Source: Leptolyngbyaceae cyanobacterium (GTDB lineage: Bacteria > Cyanobacteriota > Cyanobacteriia > Phormidesmidales > Phormidesmidaceae). Taken from it: 64,000 bases of DNA. Under the pieces are notes generated by a model that worked only from the letters and a program-made list of their open reading frames with translations, did no database searches and was not told the DNA's origin. Within the stretch, counting starts at the first letter, position 1. Each line of letters starts with the position of its first letter. The position numbers were made by a program, and so were the translations under genes. Below, in pieces: positions 20,490-31,880 of this stretch. The DNA is taken from assembly GCA_965263355.1 (NCBI GenBank), contig CBDHHL010000032.1, forward strand, positions 640,001 to 704,000. Reading direction: 5' to 3'.

Positions 20490-21020
20490 ACGTTTCTCCT
20501 AAGCAAAACGCCCAGTCAAGAAGGCACGGTGACACTTGGGTGGGACGAGTATCATCAGCCTTCGTCCTAAGCAATCGAACAATGGATCTAACTAGAGATA
20601 GCCCACTATCCAACAGTAAACATCTTAATCATAGTATAGGTAAATACACTTTTATTTAGATTTACTGTTGGCAACTCAATCCATTCAATCTAGTATCAAA
20701 ACCCAAAATTAGAATAAAAACGATAGTCATGAATGCTTAGCAGAGCCTCAATTATAAAAATTCGACTAAAAAAAAGAGAGTACCAATATTGGCAACTCTC
20801 CAGACAGATCTTTAATGCAAGCAAATTAAAAACTAAAACGACATCACTTGCTTACAGACTAGTGAGCTGTCAAGGATTTAATTTTGGGATGACAGAGGTG
20901 ATTAACAAAATAGCTTTTATCAGCGAAACACAACTCACTAATCACCGTTCACTACTCAATGTCTTTCCCGAAATTTATGGCTTGACACAATACGAGTCAA
21001 ATGTCGAACTCGTCAGACAT

Positions 21021-21368
21021 TTAAATGATGGCATTCAGGATAGACGTCAGAACTGATAGCAAAAAAGCACCGATAATTGCACTCCAGATGCCCCAACGTA
21101 GCCGAAAACCCTCAACTAACTTGGCAGATAGACCGAACAGGATGAGATTTAGTAAAAAAGTACCCAGAGTAATTAGCCAAAGCAAACCACCCAAAATGGG
21201 TAAACCTAAAATGACATTGGCAACACCGTTTAGAACACCGAAAACCAAGGCAGTAATCGCCGTCTTGCCAAAGCTGTCAGACTCTACACCAGTGGGTAAG
21301 AAGGTGATAATCACCAAAGCGATTGTGGTAATTAACCAGGCAACAATAAAGGGAACGAGAAAGTCCAT
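21021..21368 (-). CDS. Four-TM membrane protein, YvlD / 'phage holin family'
   Basis: GVESDSFGKTAITALVFGVLN, ITLG and LVEGFRLRWGIWSAIIGA. Confidence 0.8.
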   Translation of the reverse strand: MDFLVPFIVAWLITTIALVIITFLPTGVESDSFGKTAITALVFGVLNGVANVILGLPILGGLLWLITLGTFLLNLILFGLSAKLVEGFRLRWGIWSAIIGAFLLSVLTSILNAII

Positions 21369-21491
21369 TGCAGGGCTCCTTAGAAGCGATAACTACGGAA
21401 TATCCGTATTTACTCGTAGCGATTTCGATTGAAGTATATCAAACTTGTTCTCTATACGTAATTAAAGGAGTGTTAAGAGCAATGCCTTTAA

Positions 21492-22166
21492 TTACGGCAG
21501 TTTCAGCCGGTAATACTGACTCAGGCGCTGTTGAAACTGCCCCCAGTGCTGGTCTAATTTATGTGGTGTGAGTGTAAAAAGCTGCGCTGGGTGGTCTTCC
21601 AGAGCAATAGCCACCATCGCCCGTTCCACCTTGATATCGTAATCTCGATACACCCAATTCACCGCCCAACAGTAGGCCGCCACCTGTAAAAAATAGTCTT
21701 CGATCCAGTTTGCTTGCTTAGGACGGCGAGCCGTTTTCCAATCACACACTACCAGCTCCCCGTCATAGACCATCAGCGCATCGGGGTAGCCAGCAAATTT
21801 AAGCGGGTGCCACACTGCGCCTTCAACTAGAAAAACGTCATCTATGTTCTCAAGTATCGGTTCAATCGATGCCCAAAATCCTTCGGTACCCTCGGGTAGC
21901 GTCCAGTCCTCCTGACGTAGATAGGCCTTAATCACCTTGTGGATTTTGGTCCCAGACCGCGAGGCCTTAGTTGTGATCCGATTAGCTTCATCGGTGCCTA
22001 CTCGTTCTCGCCAACGCCATAGCCGTTCTTTTGCTTCCCATGGCTTTGTGGCAGACAAAATCGTGGTTACCCCAGGTAGCCGCTGCCCCTCTATCTCATA
22101 GTGACGACGACGATTTACTGATACCTGCTTTGCTTTGAAATGGGGTAATAAAGGCATTGCATGCAA
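21492..22166 (-). CDS. PD-(D/E)XK exonuclease family protein
   Basis: LPGVTTIL, GTKIH, VEG..., AGYPD...DWKT and YFLQVAAY motifs. Confidence 0.85.
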   Translation of the reverse strand: MHAMPLLPHFKAKQVSVNRRRHYEIEGQRLPGVTTILSATKPWEAKERLWRWRERVGTDEANRITTKASRSGTKIHKVIKAYLRQEDWTLPEGTEGFWASIEPILENIDDVFLVEGAVWHPLKFAGYPDALMVYDGELVVCDWKTARRPKQANWIEDYFLQVAAYCWAVNWVYRDYDIKVERAMVAIALEDHPAQLFTLTPHKLDQHWGQFQQRLSQYYRLKLP

Positions 22167-22171
22167 TACCC

Positions 22172-24256
22172 TTACTTAACGGCAAAGGATTCAATCATCC
22201 ACCTATCATCTTGCTTTTTGAGATTATATTCAACCGTCAGCTGCTCTTGATAAGACGCTCCATCACTCAGCACACCAAATTCATAAGCTTCAGCGACTTC
22301 TTCTACCTCAGCCGTTACCCGAATTTGCTCCTCACTCAATTCTTCAGCCGATAGATTCTGAATAGTTTGCTGATATTCAACATGGACACCATCCCGTTGG
22401 TTTTTCTCTACTCGACCAATCCATTCAGACAAGGCTGGTTCGATCAAAATTTCAGATAGGGCATCAATATTCCATTGGGGCCCCATAGCTTCAGACTTGG
22501 CTTGATACCAATTTTGAATAGCCCCCTCTGCAATCACCTGAACATCATCACTGGCGGCTGGTGAAAGCTCTTCAGACGGGAGTTCGATAGGTGGACTGGC
22601 CACATCAATATCTAACGGATCGCCTTTGAGCTGAGGTCCACCAAACAGCCCACCAAACAAATTCAATAGCTGAACCACGATAAACCCTAGCAATCCCAGC
22701 CCAAGTAGCCCCAGCAAGAGGACAAGGGCCAAACGGCCCCACTTAGGAGACGACGAACGCCGCCGCGATTTTGTCACCGACTCGTCAAACCCAACGGTAG
22801 CCGTCAGGTCATCCTCTAGTTGCCCGTCTGGTGATAGGTTAGACACCTCTTCAGGGGTATAAGCAGGCGTATTGTGGGAAACTGCCGCCGCCCCTACGCC
22901 TACAGCAGCTGCAGTCCCCAAGCCGATAGACTGTCCAGTCCCAAAAGATGGGCGACCATAGTCCGAAGTGCCATAGTCTGAGGTGCCATAGCCTGAAGCT
23001 CCGTAATCTGAAGTCTTGTAATCTGAAATGCCATAGTTGGAGGAGCCAAAGCGCCCTGCAGAAACCGTATCTTCCGTGGGCATTGCTTCTAGATAAGCCT
23101 GCACCTGCTCATTAGCAAAATAGTCTTTAAGAGTGACGTTGCTTTGATCTAAATCCCTGAAAAAGGGAAAAACATCTTGCTGTAGCCAACGCTCGGTGTA
23201 AAGACATAGCCCTGGCAATAGATCGGGGGCACCAGCAGAATGCTCCTTAATAAAGGATATGGGCTCATCTTCATGGCTACGCTCTAGGGCATAGGTAGCT
23301 TCTTCCGTTTGCCCCAATAACACCGCACATACGGCCTGTTCTAGATATACATCCTGACGCTCAGTCAAAAGAGCCAGCCTCTGCTTAGCTTGGCGGACAA
23401 GATTGGGCTGATGCCTAGCAAAGCCTCTGGCTAAAAGCGCGTAGACAGATAGATAAATACCAACGGATGAAGGCCGTTGAGCCTCAGTTGCAAAAATTTC
23501 CTGCTGTTCTGCAGAGGTCAAATAGCTACGTAACTGCTGTACAAAGCGCAGAAAATCCTCGACGTTTAACCCCGAGGCATCATCATTGGCACCATCGATG
23601 CCGCCCCGTGCCTGTAGCATGGATTTCAACAGAGCGATACCTTGCTGTCTGGCCAGCTTATCCGCTAAGGGGCGAGCCACAAGCTCTAAAATTCGATATG
23701 GCTTAAGCTTATCGAGGTCCGCCTGGATATCCGCTTGCATCTCAGGAAATAAGTTTTCCCGAATCATTAACTCCTGACCAGTTGCCAATGACTCGGCCGC
23801 ATTTTCATACTGGTGCTGCTGCCATTGTTCTCGCCCTAGCTCTAAACACGCTAACCCAATCGTTAAAACGACATCAGCCAGTGCTTCCTGGGAATTCCCT
23901 TCTAATTCACCAGCGCCACTGCTCAGGTACGGGCGTCCTAGACGAATGACCAGCTCATATTCACCCAATTCCAGCAAAATGAGTAATGCCCCAATCAGCT
24001 GTTGCTCATAAATTTCGATGGTAGCCGTTTCAGTTCTTGCAGCCAGTAGCTGAGCATCGTAAGCTTGACGCGTTCCAGAGTCCTTTAAGGCCACATAAGC
24101 GGCATCAATCAACTGTTTTCGCGATTGAATTGCAAATTCTGAGTATTCTCGACGAGGTAGCTGTAGAGTACGGTCACGGTGAGCTTGCTCCAGTTGTTCC
24201 GCTGTCGCTTGCATGGGCAACCCCAGAATTCGGTAATAATCTAGCGGAATTTGCAC
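22172..24256 (-). CDS. ftn2: Cell division protein Ftn2/ZipN (ARC6 homologue): J-like domain, TM, C-terminal periplasmic domain
   Basis: MQIPLDYYRILGLP...AHRDRTLQLPRREYS, LKPYRILEL and DLLPGLCLYTERWL; C-terminal WYQAKSEAMGP. Confidence 0.92.
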   Translation of the reverse strand: MQIPLDYYRILGLPMQATAEQLEQAHRDRTLQLPRREYSEFAIQSRKQLIDAAYVALKDSGTRQAYDAQLLAARTETATIEIYEQQLIGALLILLELGEYELVIRLGRPYLSSGAGELEGNSQEALADVVLTIGLACLELGREQWQQHQYENAAESLATGQELMIRENLFPEMQADIQADLDKLKPYRILELVARPLADKLARQQGIALLKSMLQARGGIDGANDDASGLNVEDFLRFVQQLRSYLTSAEQQEIFATEAQRPSSVGIYLSVYALLARGFARHQPNLVRQAKQRLALLTERQDVYLEQAVCAVLLGQTEEATYALERSHEDEPISFIKEHSAGAPDLLPGLCLYTERWLQQDVFPFFRDLDQSNVTLKDYFANEQVQAYLEAMPTEDTVSAGRFGSSNYGISDYKTSDYGASGYGTSDYGTSDYGRPSFGTGQSIGLGTAAAVGVGAAAVSHNTPAYTPEEVSNLSPDGQLEDDLTATVGFDESVTKSRRRSSSPKWGRLALVLLLGLLGLGLLGFIVVQLLNLFGGLFGGPQLKGDPLDIDVASPPIELPSEELSPAASDDVQVIAEGAIQNWYQAKSEAMGPQWNIDALSEILIEPALSEWIGRVEKNQRDGVHVEYQQTIQNLSAEELSEEQIRVTAEVEEVAEAYEFGVLSDGASYQEQLTVEYNLKKQDDRWMIESFAVK
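22956..23045 (-). repeat. Six degenerate 15-nt tandem units inside ftn2 encoding xSDYG-like pentapeptides
   Basis: Protein reads SSNYG-ISDYK-TSDYG-ASGYG-TSDYG-TSDYG; DNA units ccatagtccgaagtg, ccatagtctgaggtg, etc. Confidence 0.85.
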
Positions 24257-24826
24257 AGTGACTTCCTTAGCATTCGAATTGACTTCAGCTTATGTGTGAG
24301 ACCTTGCAAAACGTTAGTACAGGTATTGGTAAACACCCTAATAAAAGAATGTATAGAAACTACCTGAGCCAGGTGAAACAGTTGTCTACATTTAAACCGC
24401 ATACATAATAGCGATGAAATGCTTATTTTTGAAAGCCTACAGCAATGAATCGATTTTTCAGACAATTTACCAAGGAAATTAAGGCTATAAACCCACGGTT
24501 TTTCTCAGGTGTTTTCACGTACAACAGTACTCGTAAATATATCCCTGTTGATAGTTAGCCCACCTTGGCAGTACTTGAATATTTAATTGTTACCAAAGAC
24601 TGTAGGATTCATTTATCAACCACACTTATCAAGACATAAACAAATATTCGAAATAGATTACATGTCATCAGTCACCGGGAAAGCTAGATTCTCGTCTAAA
24701 ATTATGTTCGGTTGATTTTAGATTGATCAGGCTAACAAGCATCCGCGTTATCGCGTAGTGATCATGAACTGATCACTTTTTTGGAATAATTACAATTTGT
24801 ATTGCGGCGAGGCGACTGGCAAGCCA

Positions 24827-25855
24827 ATGGTTCAGGAACGGACATTACCAACATTTCAAGCAACTTCGGCAAAGCTCGATAAGCAGGAGGGCCTGAGGCT
24901 ATATGAGGATATGGTCCTAGGTCGCTACTTTGAAGATAAGTGTGCCGAAATGTACTATCGGGGCAAAATGTTCGGATTTGTACATCTTTATAACGGTCAA
25001 GAAGCCGTCTCTACCGGCGTTATCAAATCCATGCGCCCCGACGACTATGTATGCAGCACCTATCGTGACCACGTCCATGCTCTGAGTGCTGGCGTATCTG
25101 CAAGCGCTGTCATGTCTGAGCTATTTGGTAAAGAAACTGGCTGCAGCAAAGGCCGAGGTGGCTCAATGCACATGTTTTCTAAAGAGCACAATCTGCTGGG
25201 GGGGTTTGCCTTTATCGGTGAAGGTATTCCGGTTGCCTTAGGGGCTGCATTCCAGTCACGCTATCGTCGTGATGCCCTGGGAGACACCTCTGCGGATCAA
25301 GTAACTGCTGCGTTCTTTGGAGATGGCACTACTAACAATGGTCAGTTTTTTGAATGCTTGAATATGGCAGTTCTCTGGAAGCTACCTATCTTGTTCGTAG
25401 TAGAAAACAATAAGTGGGCGATTGGCATGGCCCACGAACGGGCGTCTTCACAAACTGAGATTTACCGCAAAGCTAGCGTCTTTGGCATGCCGGGCTATGA
25501 AGTTGACGGGATGGATGTGTTAGCTGTACGTGAGGTAGCCCAGGCAGCGATTGCCCGTGCCCGCGCTGGGGAAGGTCCCACCTTGATTGAATGTTTGACG
25601 TACCGTTTCCGGGGTCACTCATTGGCGGATCCAGATGAGTTGCGATCGCAGGCCGAAAAAGACGAATGGCAGGCTCGTGATCCCATCATTCGCATGGAAG
25701 CCTATCTGATCGAACAAAACCTGGCCGATGACGCTGAGCTGAAGGCAATCAAAAAGCGCATCGAAGCCCATATAGAAGAGGCCGTTGCATTTGCCGAGTC
25801 AAGCCCTGAACCCTCTCCCGATGAACTTCATCGCTACATTTTTGCTGAGAACTAG
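24827..25855 (+). CDS. pdhA: Pyruvate dehydrogenase E1 alpha subunit
   Basis: [21 protein letters not shown] motif GDG...NN and [11 protein letters not shown]; start trimmed to MVQERT. Confidence 0.97.
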   Translation: MVQERTLPTFQATSAKLDKQEGLRLYEDMVLGRYFEDKCAEMYYRGKMFGFVHLYNGQEAVSTGVIKSMRPDDYVCSTYRDHVHALSAGVSASAVMSELFGKETGCSKGRGGSMHMFSKEHNLLGGFAFIGEGIPVALGAAFQSRYRRDALGDTSADQVTAAFFGDGTTNNGQFFECLNMAVLWKLPILFVVENNKWAIGMAHERASSQTEIYRKASVFGMPGYEVDGMDVLAVREVAQAAIARARAGEGPTLIECLTYRFRGHSLADPDELRSQAEKDEWQARDPIIRMEAYLIEQNLADDAELKAIKKRIEAHIEEAVAFAESSPEPSPDELHRYIFAEN

Positions 25856-25907
25856 TCAGTCGGTGGTTAAAGGAATCGCAGTTAGCAAGTTATTAACAGG
25901 TATCTAA

Positions 25908-26891
25908 ATGGCAGAAACACTTTTATTTAATGCCCTGCGGGAAGCCGTAGATGAAGAAATGGGACGGGACGAAACTGTCTTTGTTCTAGGTGAAGACGTT
26001 GGCCATTACGGCGGTTCCTACAAGGTCACCAAAGGGCTATACGACAAGTACGGTCCCCTGCGTGTACTAGACACCCCGATTGCTGAAAACAGCTTTACCG
26101 GGATGGCCGTAGGGGCTGCCATGACCGGTCTAAAGCCCATTGTCGAAGGGATGAATATGGGCTTTTTGCTGTTGGCCTTTAACCAAATTGCTAACAATGC
26201 AGGCATGCTGCCCTACACCTCTGGCGGCAACTATCACATCCCCATGGTAATTCGAGGCCCAGGGGGGGTAGGACGTCAATTAGGTGCAGAACATTCGCAA
26301 CGCCTAGAAGCTTATTTTCAGGCTGTACCGGGTCTTAAGATCGTGGCTTGTTCTACGCCTTACAACGCAAAGGGCCTCCTTAAGTCGGCTATTCGTGATA
26401 AAAACCCCGTACTCTTCTTTGAGCACGTGTTGCTCTATAACCTTAAAGAAGATCTGCCCAATGATGAGTATTTGGTGCCGCTAGATAAGGCAGATGTGGT
26501 CCGTTCAGGTAAGGACGTAACTATTTTGACCTATTCCCGTATGCGTCACCATGTCTTACAGGCACTCAAGGGAATTGAATCTCAAGGGTTTGACCCAGAG
26601 GTGATTGATCTAATTTCTTTGAAACCCATTGACTACGACACCATTGGTGCATCCATTCGCAAGACCCACCGAGTCATCATTGTTGAAGAATGCATGCGCA
26701 CTGGGGGGATCGCTGCGGAGATTATCGCCTCTATCAATGATCGATTCTTTGATGAGCTAGATGCTCCGGTGATGCGTCTGTCTTCCCAGGATATTCCGAC
26801 TCCCTACAATGGCCGCTTGGAAAGTCTAACCATTGTACAACCCAAGCAAATTGTGGAAGCCGTTGAAAAAATGATGACGGCTCTGGTGTAG
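25908..26891 (+). CDS. pdhB: Pyruvate dehydrogenase E1 beta subunit
   Basis: [20 protein letters not shown] and GAEHSQ; follows pdhA. Confidence 0.97.
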   Translation: MAETLLFNALREAVDEEMGRDETVFVLGEDVGHYGGSYKVTKGLYDKYGPLRVLDTPIAENSFTGMAVGAAMTGLKPIVEGMNMGFLLLAFNQIANNAGMLPYTSGGNYHIPMVIRGPGGVGRQLGAEHSQRLEAYFQAVPGLKIVACSTPYNAKGLLKSAIRDKNPVLFFEHVLLYNLKEDLPNDEYLVPLDKADVVRSGKDVTILTYSRMRHHVLQALKGIESQGFDPEVIDLISLKPIDYDTIGASIRKTHRVIIVEECMRTGGIAAEIIASINDRFFDELDAPVMRLSSQDIPTPYNGRLESLTIVQPKQIVEAVEKMMTALV

Positions 26892-26910
26892 ACCATCGCT
26901 CAAACTCGAT

Positions 26911-26946
26911 AAAAAGCACAGGGAATGTTTTTCTCTGTGCTTTTTT
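26911..26946 (+). terminator. Rho-independent terminator after pdhB
   Basis: AAAAAGCACAGGGAA-tgttt-TTCTCTGTGCTTTTTT. Confidence 0.8.
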
Positions 26947-27054
26947 ATTTCTAACAGAAGATTAATAGGGTCAAGAACGGCAACCTATAATAGGATGTTC
27001 TGTTGGAGAGCCACACGTACAAGGACCGGTGTATGGATAGTAGGGAGAAGGACC

Positions 27055-28488
27055 ATGGGTAAATATCGCTCGATGCTGGTAGTCATTGTTGGACTTGCGA
27101 TCGCAGCAGTGTTTACCATTGTGCAACTACCGACTCAACTGGGATTAGATCTGCGCGGTGGTTCCCAACTCACCCTTCAAGTACTTACCAACGAACAAGT
27201 CACCCAAATCTCCGAACGGGAGCTAGAAGCTGTCCAGCGAGTTATCGAAAATCGCGTTAATGGTTTGGGGGTCTCTGAAGCGATCGTTCAAAGTTCTGGC
27301 CAAGATCAGTTATTAATCCAACTACCGGGTGTTAGCGATCCTGCCCAGGCCCAGCGAGTTTTAGGAGGCACAGCCCAGCTTGAGTTTCGTCCTCAGAAAC
27401 CAGGTACTGAAGGTCAGCTAAGAGCGATCTCAGATATTGTTAACCAGCAAGAGGTCCAACAGGCAACTATCCTGGCAGTTGGCAACGAGAACATTACCGA
27501 GGAACAACTGGCTGAGCTTGATAAGGTTACAACCGACCTACAAGCGAGTCGTGAAACATTGCTTGAGCTTTTTGACGATACCGAACTAACTGGGGACAAG
27601 CTTACAGATGCCCTGGCTAGCCCCCTGGGCACCAGCCAAGCATGGCAAGTGTCAATTTATTTCAACAACGAAGGCGGCGATCTTTTCACCGAAATGACTC
27701 GCAATATTGCAGGTACAGGTCGAGTTTTAGGTATTTTCCTAGATAATCGTCTGATCAGTGCCCCCACAGTCGATGTACAGTATGCTGCCACCGGCATTCC
27801 CGGCAACAGTGCTACCATTTCCGGTGATTTTAATGCCGAAGCTGCTAGAGACTTAGAAATTCAACTACGGGGTGGGGCCTTGCCAGTCCCCGTAGAAGTC
27901 GTTGAAAATCGTACAGTAGGAGCTACCCTTGGTCGAGATAGTATTCAACGCAGCCTCTATGCCGGTATTGCAGGCTTGGTACTTGTACTCGTCTTTATGG
28001 CCGTTTACTATCGCCTACCCGGACTCTTAGCTAACATAGCCTTAGTGATTTATGCCCTTCTCACTTGGGCTGCTTACAACATTTTGGGCGTCACCATGAC
28101 TCTGCCCGGTATTGCTGGGTTTATCTTGAGTATCGGCATGGCTGTGGATGCAAACGTGCTTATATTTGAGCGTACCCGTGAAGAATTAAGAGCTGGTAAA
28201 ACTCTCTATCGCTCAGTAGAATCAGGTTTTTATCGAGCTTTCTCCAGTATTCTCGATAGTAACGTCACCACTCTCATTGCCTGTGCCGCACTGTTCTGGT
28301 TTGGCGCTGGCTTAGTCAAAGGATTCGCCCTCACCCTAGCTGTGGGTGTTGCCGTCAGCCTATTTACAGCCTTCACCTGTACCCGCAATCTCCTCTTTTT
28401 TATCATTAGCTTTCCGCAATTTCGTAAGGTGGGTTACTTTGCACCAAGTCTAGCCACCGATTTAACCTCTACTTCACAGCCGTCATGA
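27055..28488 (+). CDS. secD: Protein translocase subunit SecD
   Basis: [17 protein letters not shown] and [13 protein letters not shown]; start trimmed to MGKYR. Confidence 0.97.
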   Translation: MGKYRSMLVVIVGLAIAAVFTIVQLPTQLGLDLRGGSQLTLQVLTNEQVTQISERELEAVQRVIENRVNGLGVSEAIVQSSGQDQLLIQLPGVSDPAQAQRVLGGTAQLEFRPQKPGTEGQLRAISDIVNQQEVQQATILAVGNENITEEQLAELDKVTTDLQASRETLLELFDDTELTGDKLTDALASPLGTSQAWQVSIYFNNEGGDLFTEMTRNIAGTGRVLGIFLDNRLISAPTVDVQYAATGIPGNSATISGDFNAEAARDLEIQLRGGALPVPVEVVENRTVGATLGRDSIQRSLYAGIAGLVLVLVFMAVYYRLPGLLANIALVIYALLTWAAYNILGVTMTLPGIAGFILSIGMAVDANVLIFERTREELRAGKTLYRSVESGFYRAFSSILDSNVTTLIACAALFWFGAGLVKGFALTLAVGVAVSLFTAFTCTRNLLFFIISFPQFRKVGYFAPSLATDLTSTSQPS

Positions 28489-29435
28489 AACTGAACGTCG
28501 TTAAACAACGGGGCATTTGGTGGCTCCTTTCCGGTCTCCTGGTATTAGTTAGCATTGCCGTCATGGCATTGTCTTGGCAACAGTTTAATGGTCCTGTTAA
28601 ACCAGGCCTAGACTTTATTGGCGGCACTCGTCTGCAGCTAGAACGAAGCTGTACTGACAATACAGACTGTACTAATCCCATTGATATTGCCGATGTCCGA
28701 GCTATTTTGGATGAACAGGAACTGGAGGGCAGCAGCCTGCAATTGGTGGGTGACACCGGGCAAGCCCTATCGATTCGTACCCGAAACTTAACTGTAGACG
28801 AGCAGTCAACCCTACGTTCAGCATTAGAAGAAAATCTGGGTCAGATAGATCCCACAGCATCCAAAATCGATGTAGTTGGCCCCACTATTGGGAAACAGCT
28901 CTTAGTAGCGGGCTTACTATCCCTATTAGTTGCCTTTGCGGGCATTACTGTCTATCTAAGCCTCAGGTTCAAGTTTGACTACGCTCTGTTGGCTCTGCTG
29001 GCCCTGATCCACGACGTTGTTATTACCCTCGGTATCTTTTCTATTTTGGGCCTTACCCTTGGTTACGAAGCAGACAGCCTTTTCATCGTAGCGCTGCTCA
29101 CAATCGTAGGCTTTTCTGTCAACGATACGGTGGTGATTTACGATCGCATCCGTGAAAACTTCAAACTAATGCCTGACCAGGATGTGGCCCAAATTGTTAA
29201 TGATGCCGTTAACCAAACCTTGGGTCGCTCCATTAACACCACCATGACAACAGTGCTGCCTCTGTTAGCCATTGTGATTTTTGGCGGAGATACGCTTAAA
29301 TTCTTTGCTCTGGCATTAATCGTTGGCTTTTTAGCAGGGGCCTATTCTAGTATTTTTATTGCCAGTACGTTATTAGCTTGGTGGCGCTCTGGCTCTAACT
29401 CAAATACTGATATGGCTACACCAGCCATGGAATAG
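28485..29435 (+). CDS. secF: Protein translocase subunit SecF
   Basis: GLDFIGGT and [20 protein letters not shown] overlap with secD. Confidence 0.97.
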   Translation: MKLNVVKQRGIWWLLSGLLVLVSIAVMALSWQQFNGPVKPGLDFIGGTRLQLERSCTDNTDCTNPIDIADVRAILDEQELEGSSLQLVGDTGQALSIRTRNLTVDEQSTLRSALEENLGQIDPTASKIDVVGPTIGKQLLVAGLLSLLVAFAGITVYLSLRFKFDYALLALLALIHDVVITLGIFSILGLTLGYEADSLFIVALLTIVGFSVNDTVVIYDRIRENFKLMPDQDVAQIVNDAVNQTLGRSINTTMTTVLPLLAIVIFGGDTLKFFALALIVGFLAGAYSSIFIASTLLAWWRSGSNSNTDMATPAME

Positions 29436-29466
29436 GGCAAGTCATCGGACTGGGGAAATTGCTAAA

Positions 29467-29886
29467 ATGTGGAACGTGACTTCTTCCAAAGGTTCCAAAA
29501 ACACCGAAAGTACTTACACCAGCATCGCGACAGAGAGGGCGATTGAATCCCTGCGACAACATGCCCTAACAACTTGGTGGCGATTAACTGTGGCTGTGTG
29601 GTTAACTATTGGTCCCTTAACACTATGGCAGCTACGTTCTGAAATCAGTTTACTATTGGACTATTTCACCTGGACCTCGGTTTACTATGGGTTGAAATAC
29701 AATCTTTTAGGGGCGTTGGGGTTCTTTATCTGCATAGGTCTGGCTAGTACTCTATTGCTCCGAGAGATTCGCCATCTAACCTTAGGTATTTCCCCTGTCG
29801 AACGCAAACGTTTAGAAAGTCAGCTGGCCCAAATTCGTCGCCAAGGTTCTTCCCATCCATTGTGGTCCTTGGTCAATCGTCCATAG
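29467..29886 (+). CDS. Hypothetical two-TM membrane protein
   Basis: Two hydrophobic segments; DYFTW and C-terminal QIRRQGSSHPLW resemble a conserved cyanobacterial family as I recall it. Confidence 0.65.
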   Translation: MWNVTSSKGSKNTESTYTSIATERAIESLRQHALTTWWRLTVAVWLTIGPLTLWQLRSEISLLLDYFTWTSVYYGLKYNLLGALGFFICIGLASTLLLREIRHLTLGISPVERKRLESQLAQIRRQGSSHPLWSLVNRP

Positions 29887-29891
29887 AGGCA

Positions 29892-29939
29892 TGAAAATTC
29901 TGTAGGGATGCTCCATGGAACGTCCCTACAGAATTTTCA
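29892..29939. repeat. REP-like palindrome (GTAG class), may also act as a terminator
   Basis: TGAAAATTCTGTAGGGATGCTCCATGGAACGTCCCTACAGAATTTTCA is a near-perfect 48 nt palindrome. Confidence 0.7.
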
Positions 29940-30015
29940 ATAATTGCAAACTCGATAGCTATCGTTGTAATACCATCGCTAAAATGTCGAGTCTGTAATC
30001 TATAGCTCTATACCT

Positions 30016-30600
30016 ATGGAACTTACGACCAATCGATTAATAATTCGCCATTGGCATCCAATTTACGATGCTCAACAGGCGTTTGATGTTTATGGTGATC
30101 TACGGGTAACTCGTTGGCTGCAAGGCAATCCCGACAGCTCTATTCGAAACACTCAAGAACGGTTGCAAAGCTACTGCGATCGCTGTGCTGACGGTCTTGG
30201 CATTTGGGCCGTGGTTGAAAAAGCAATTGGTCGTGCTATCGGCAGCATTTTGCTTGTACCTTTACCCAACAGCGACAAGACAAACAGCGGCAAAATTGAA
30301 ATTGGCTGGCATTTTCGTCCTGCTAGTTGGGGCTATGGTTATGCAACTGAAGCTGCCAATGCCATCCTCAACTACGGCTTTCAAGCCCTGGAACTGCCCA
30401 TAATCTATGCTGTTACCACACCGGATAATATTCGCTCCCAGAGGGTCATGACTCGATTGGGTATGCAGGCTGTAGGCTTTACCAATGACTATTATGATTG
30501 CCTTTTACAGTTGTACCGCTTAGCCGCTGAAGATTATTCATCAGGCCAGCTAGCATCAATGGTTGATAAGACCATATCAATGTCTGCACCACTTACATAA
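30016..30600 (+). CDS. GNAT N-acetyltransferase (RimJ/RimL type)
   Basis: LTTNRLIIR, EIGWHFRPASWGYGYATEAA and NIRSQRVMTRLGM; 3' end overlaps the convergent gene by 67 nt. Confidence 0.9.
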   Translation: MELTTNRLIIRHWHPIYDAQQAFDVYGDLRVTRWLQGNPDSSIRNTQERLQSYCDRCADGLGIWAVVEKAIGRAIGSILLVPLPNSDKTNSGKIEIGWHFRPASWGYGYATEAANAILNYGFQALELPIIYAVTTPDNIRSQRVMTRLGMQAVGFTNDYYDCLLQLYRLAAEDYSSGQLASMVDKTISMSAPLT

Positions 30601-31799
30601 TTCACCATCTCAGTCCAAAAGGTCCCTGTGCCCACAGCTGCAGGCATCAGATCAGAGCCATCAAACCGAACGGTTTCAGCCTGCGCTAAAATCGCTGCCA
30701 TTTGTCTCACACCATCATTAGGATAAACGGCCAAATCTACCTCTCGATGAGGACTGATATAACCACGAGCAGCCCAACTTTCATGGGGCACCACTGTAGT
30801 CAGGTAGGTCATTGCCGCTTTCGCAGCAGGGGTATTGTTAGTTATGGCAATCACTAAACCACCGGTCAGAAGTGGCGCATTTGGGCCATCTCCTGGTAAT
30901 AAAAAGACCTGAGTATCTTTACCTGGTTCAACAGCCTCCGGTAAAAAGTCAGTAATGAAGCTGGCTTGACGATGTAAATAACACCCTGGAGGTTCATCGA
31001 ACATAGGAGCTGGGGCATCACCAAACGGGGTACTAATAGCTCCAACAATGCCACCATAGACATAACTGTCGTTACGAACAAGTTCTCCAAAAGTTTGCAT
31101 AGCCTCTTTTACCGGTGGAGAATTAAATGGAATCTCATGGGCAACCCACTGGTCGTATATTTCGGGGCCAGCTGTCCGCAACAGAATATCTTCTACCCAA
31201 TCGGTACCTACCCAGCCACTGGCGTCCCCATTCTCCATGCCCAAACACCAGGGGGTTTTTCCCTCTGCACCAATTCTCTTGGTGAGGGTCATCAGCTCAT
31301 CCCAACTAGTGGGAATGTCATACCCAGCCGCCTCAAATACATCAGGCCTATACCAAACTAAACTTTTTGGATCAGACCGCATCCATAAACCATAGATTTG
31401 TTTGTCCACAGTGCTCAAGTTCACCCAATCGGGGCCAAACGCTGTTGTTAATACCTCTAGATCAACAACATCATTCAAAGGCGTAAGTGCCCCTTCCCTT
31501 GCCAAATCTCTCATTAGACCAGGCTGTGGGAACATGGCTAGGTCTGGGACATCTCCACCTGCCACGCGAATTGGTAACACTGTGGTAAAAGCATCTGTTC
31601 CCTCGTAAACCACCTCAATTCCAGTCTCGGCTGTAAACGGGGCAAACGCCTCTTCAACAATCTCCTCTCCCACCCCCGTTAGAGAGCCTAAAATCACCAG
31701 AGTATTCTCATCACGGTTATTCTGAGGTGCACCATCACAGGCTGTCAACAACAATAACAATCCACTGAAGATGCGAAGGGAAAGAGAAGTAAATTTCAT
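30534..31799 (-). CDS. Sugar ABC transporter substrate-binding lipoprotein (alpha-glucoside AglE/GgtB-like)
   Basis: Lipobox LTAC; FPQPGL, KSLVWY, PWCLGME, GWVGTDWVED and RFDGSDLMP. Confidence 0.85.
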   Translation of the reverse strand: MKFTSLSLRIFSGLLLLLTACDGAPQNNRDENTLVILGSLTGVGEEIVEEAFAPFTAETGIEVVYEGTDAFTTVLPIRVAGGDVPDLAMFPQPGLMRDLAREGALTPLNDVVDLEVLTTAFGPDWVNLSTVDKQIYGLWMRSDPKSLVWYRPDVFEAAGYDIPTSWDELMTLTKRIGAEGKTPWCLGMENGDASGWVGTDWVEDILLRTAGPEIYDQWVAHEIPFNSPPVKEAMQTFGELVRNDSYVYGGIVGAISTPFGDAPAPMFDEPPGCYLHRQASFITDFLPEAVEPGKDTQVFLLPGDGPNAPLLTGGLVIAITNNTPAAKAAMTYLTTVVPHESWAARGYISPHREVDLAVYPNDGVRQMAAILAQAETVRFDGSDLMPAAVGTGTFWTEMVNYVSGADIDMVLSTIDASWPDE

Positions 31800-31880
31800 G
31801 ACATCTATGTTGGTTGCTTTTAATAATTTATCCCTGGTCGGAGCATTGCATGTTTTGTAGTGACATCACGTGCAATGCTA

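Noticed and set aside
20733..21056. 107 aa plus-strand ORF
   Set aside because: AT-rich intergenic DNA, no recognisable motif, overlaps the end of the convergent gene; probably spurious.
21021..22166. Prophage remnant (holin-family protein plus exonuclease)
   Set aside because: YvlD-like proteins are ordinary chromosomal genes, and there are no structural, integrase or lysin genes nearby.
22956..23045. CRISPR-like array
   Set aside because: 15-nt in-frame coding repeats with no spacers and no cas genes.
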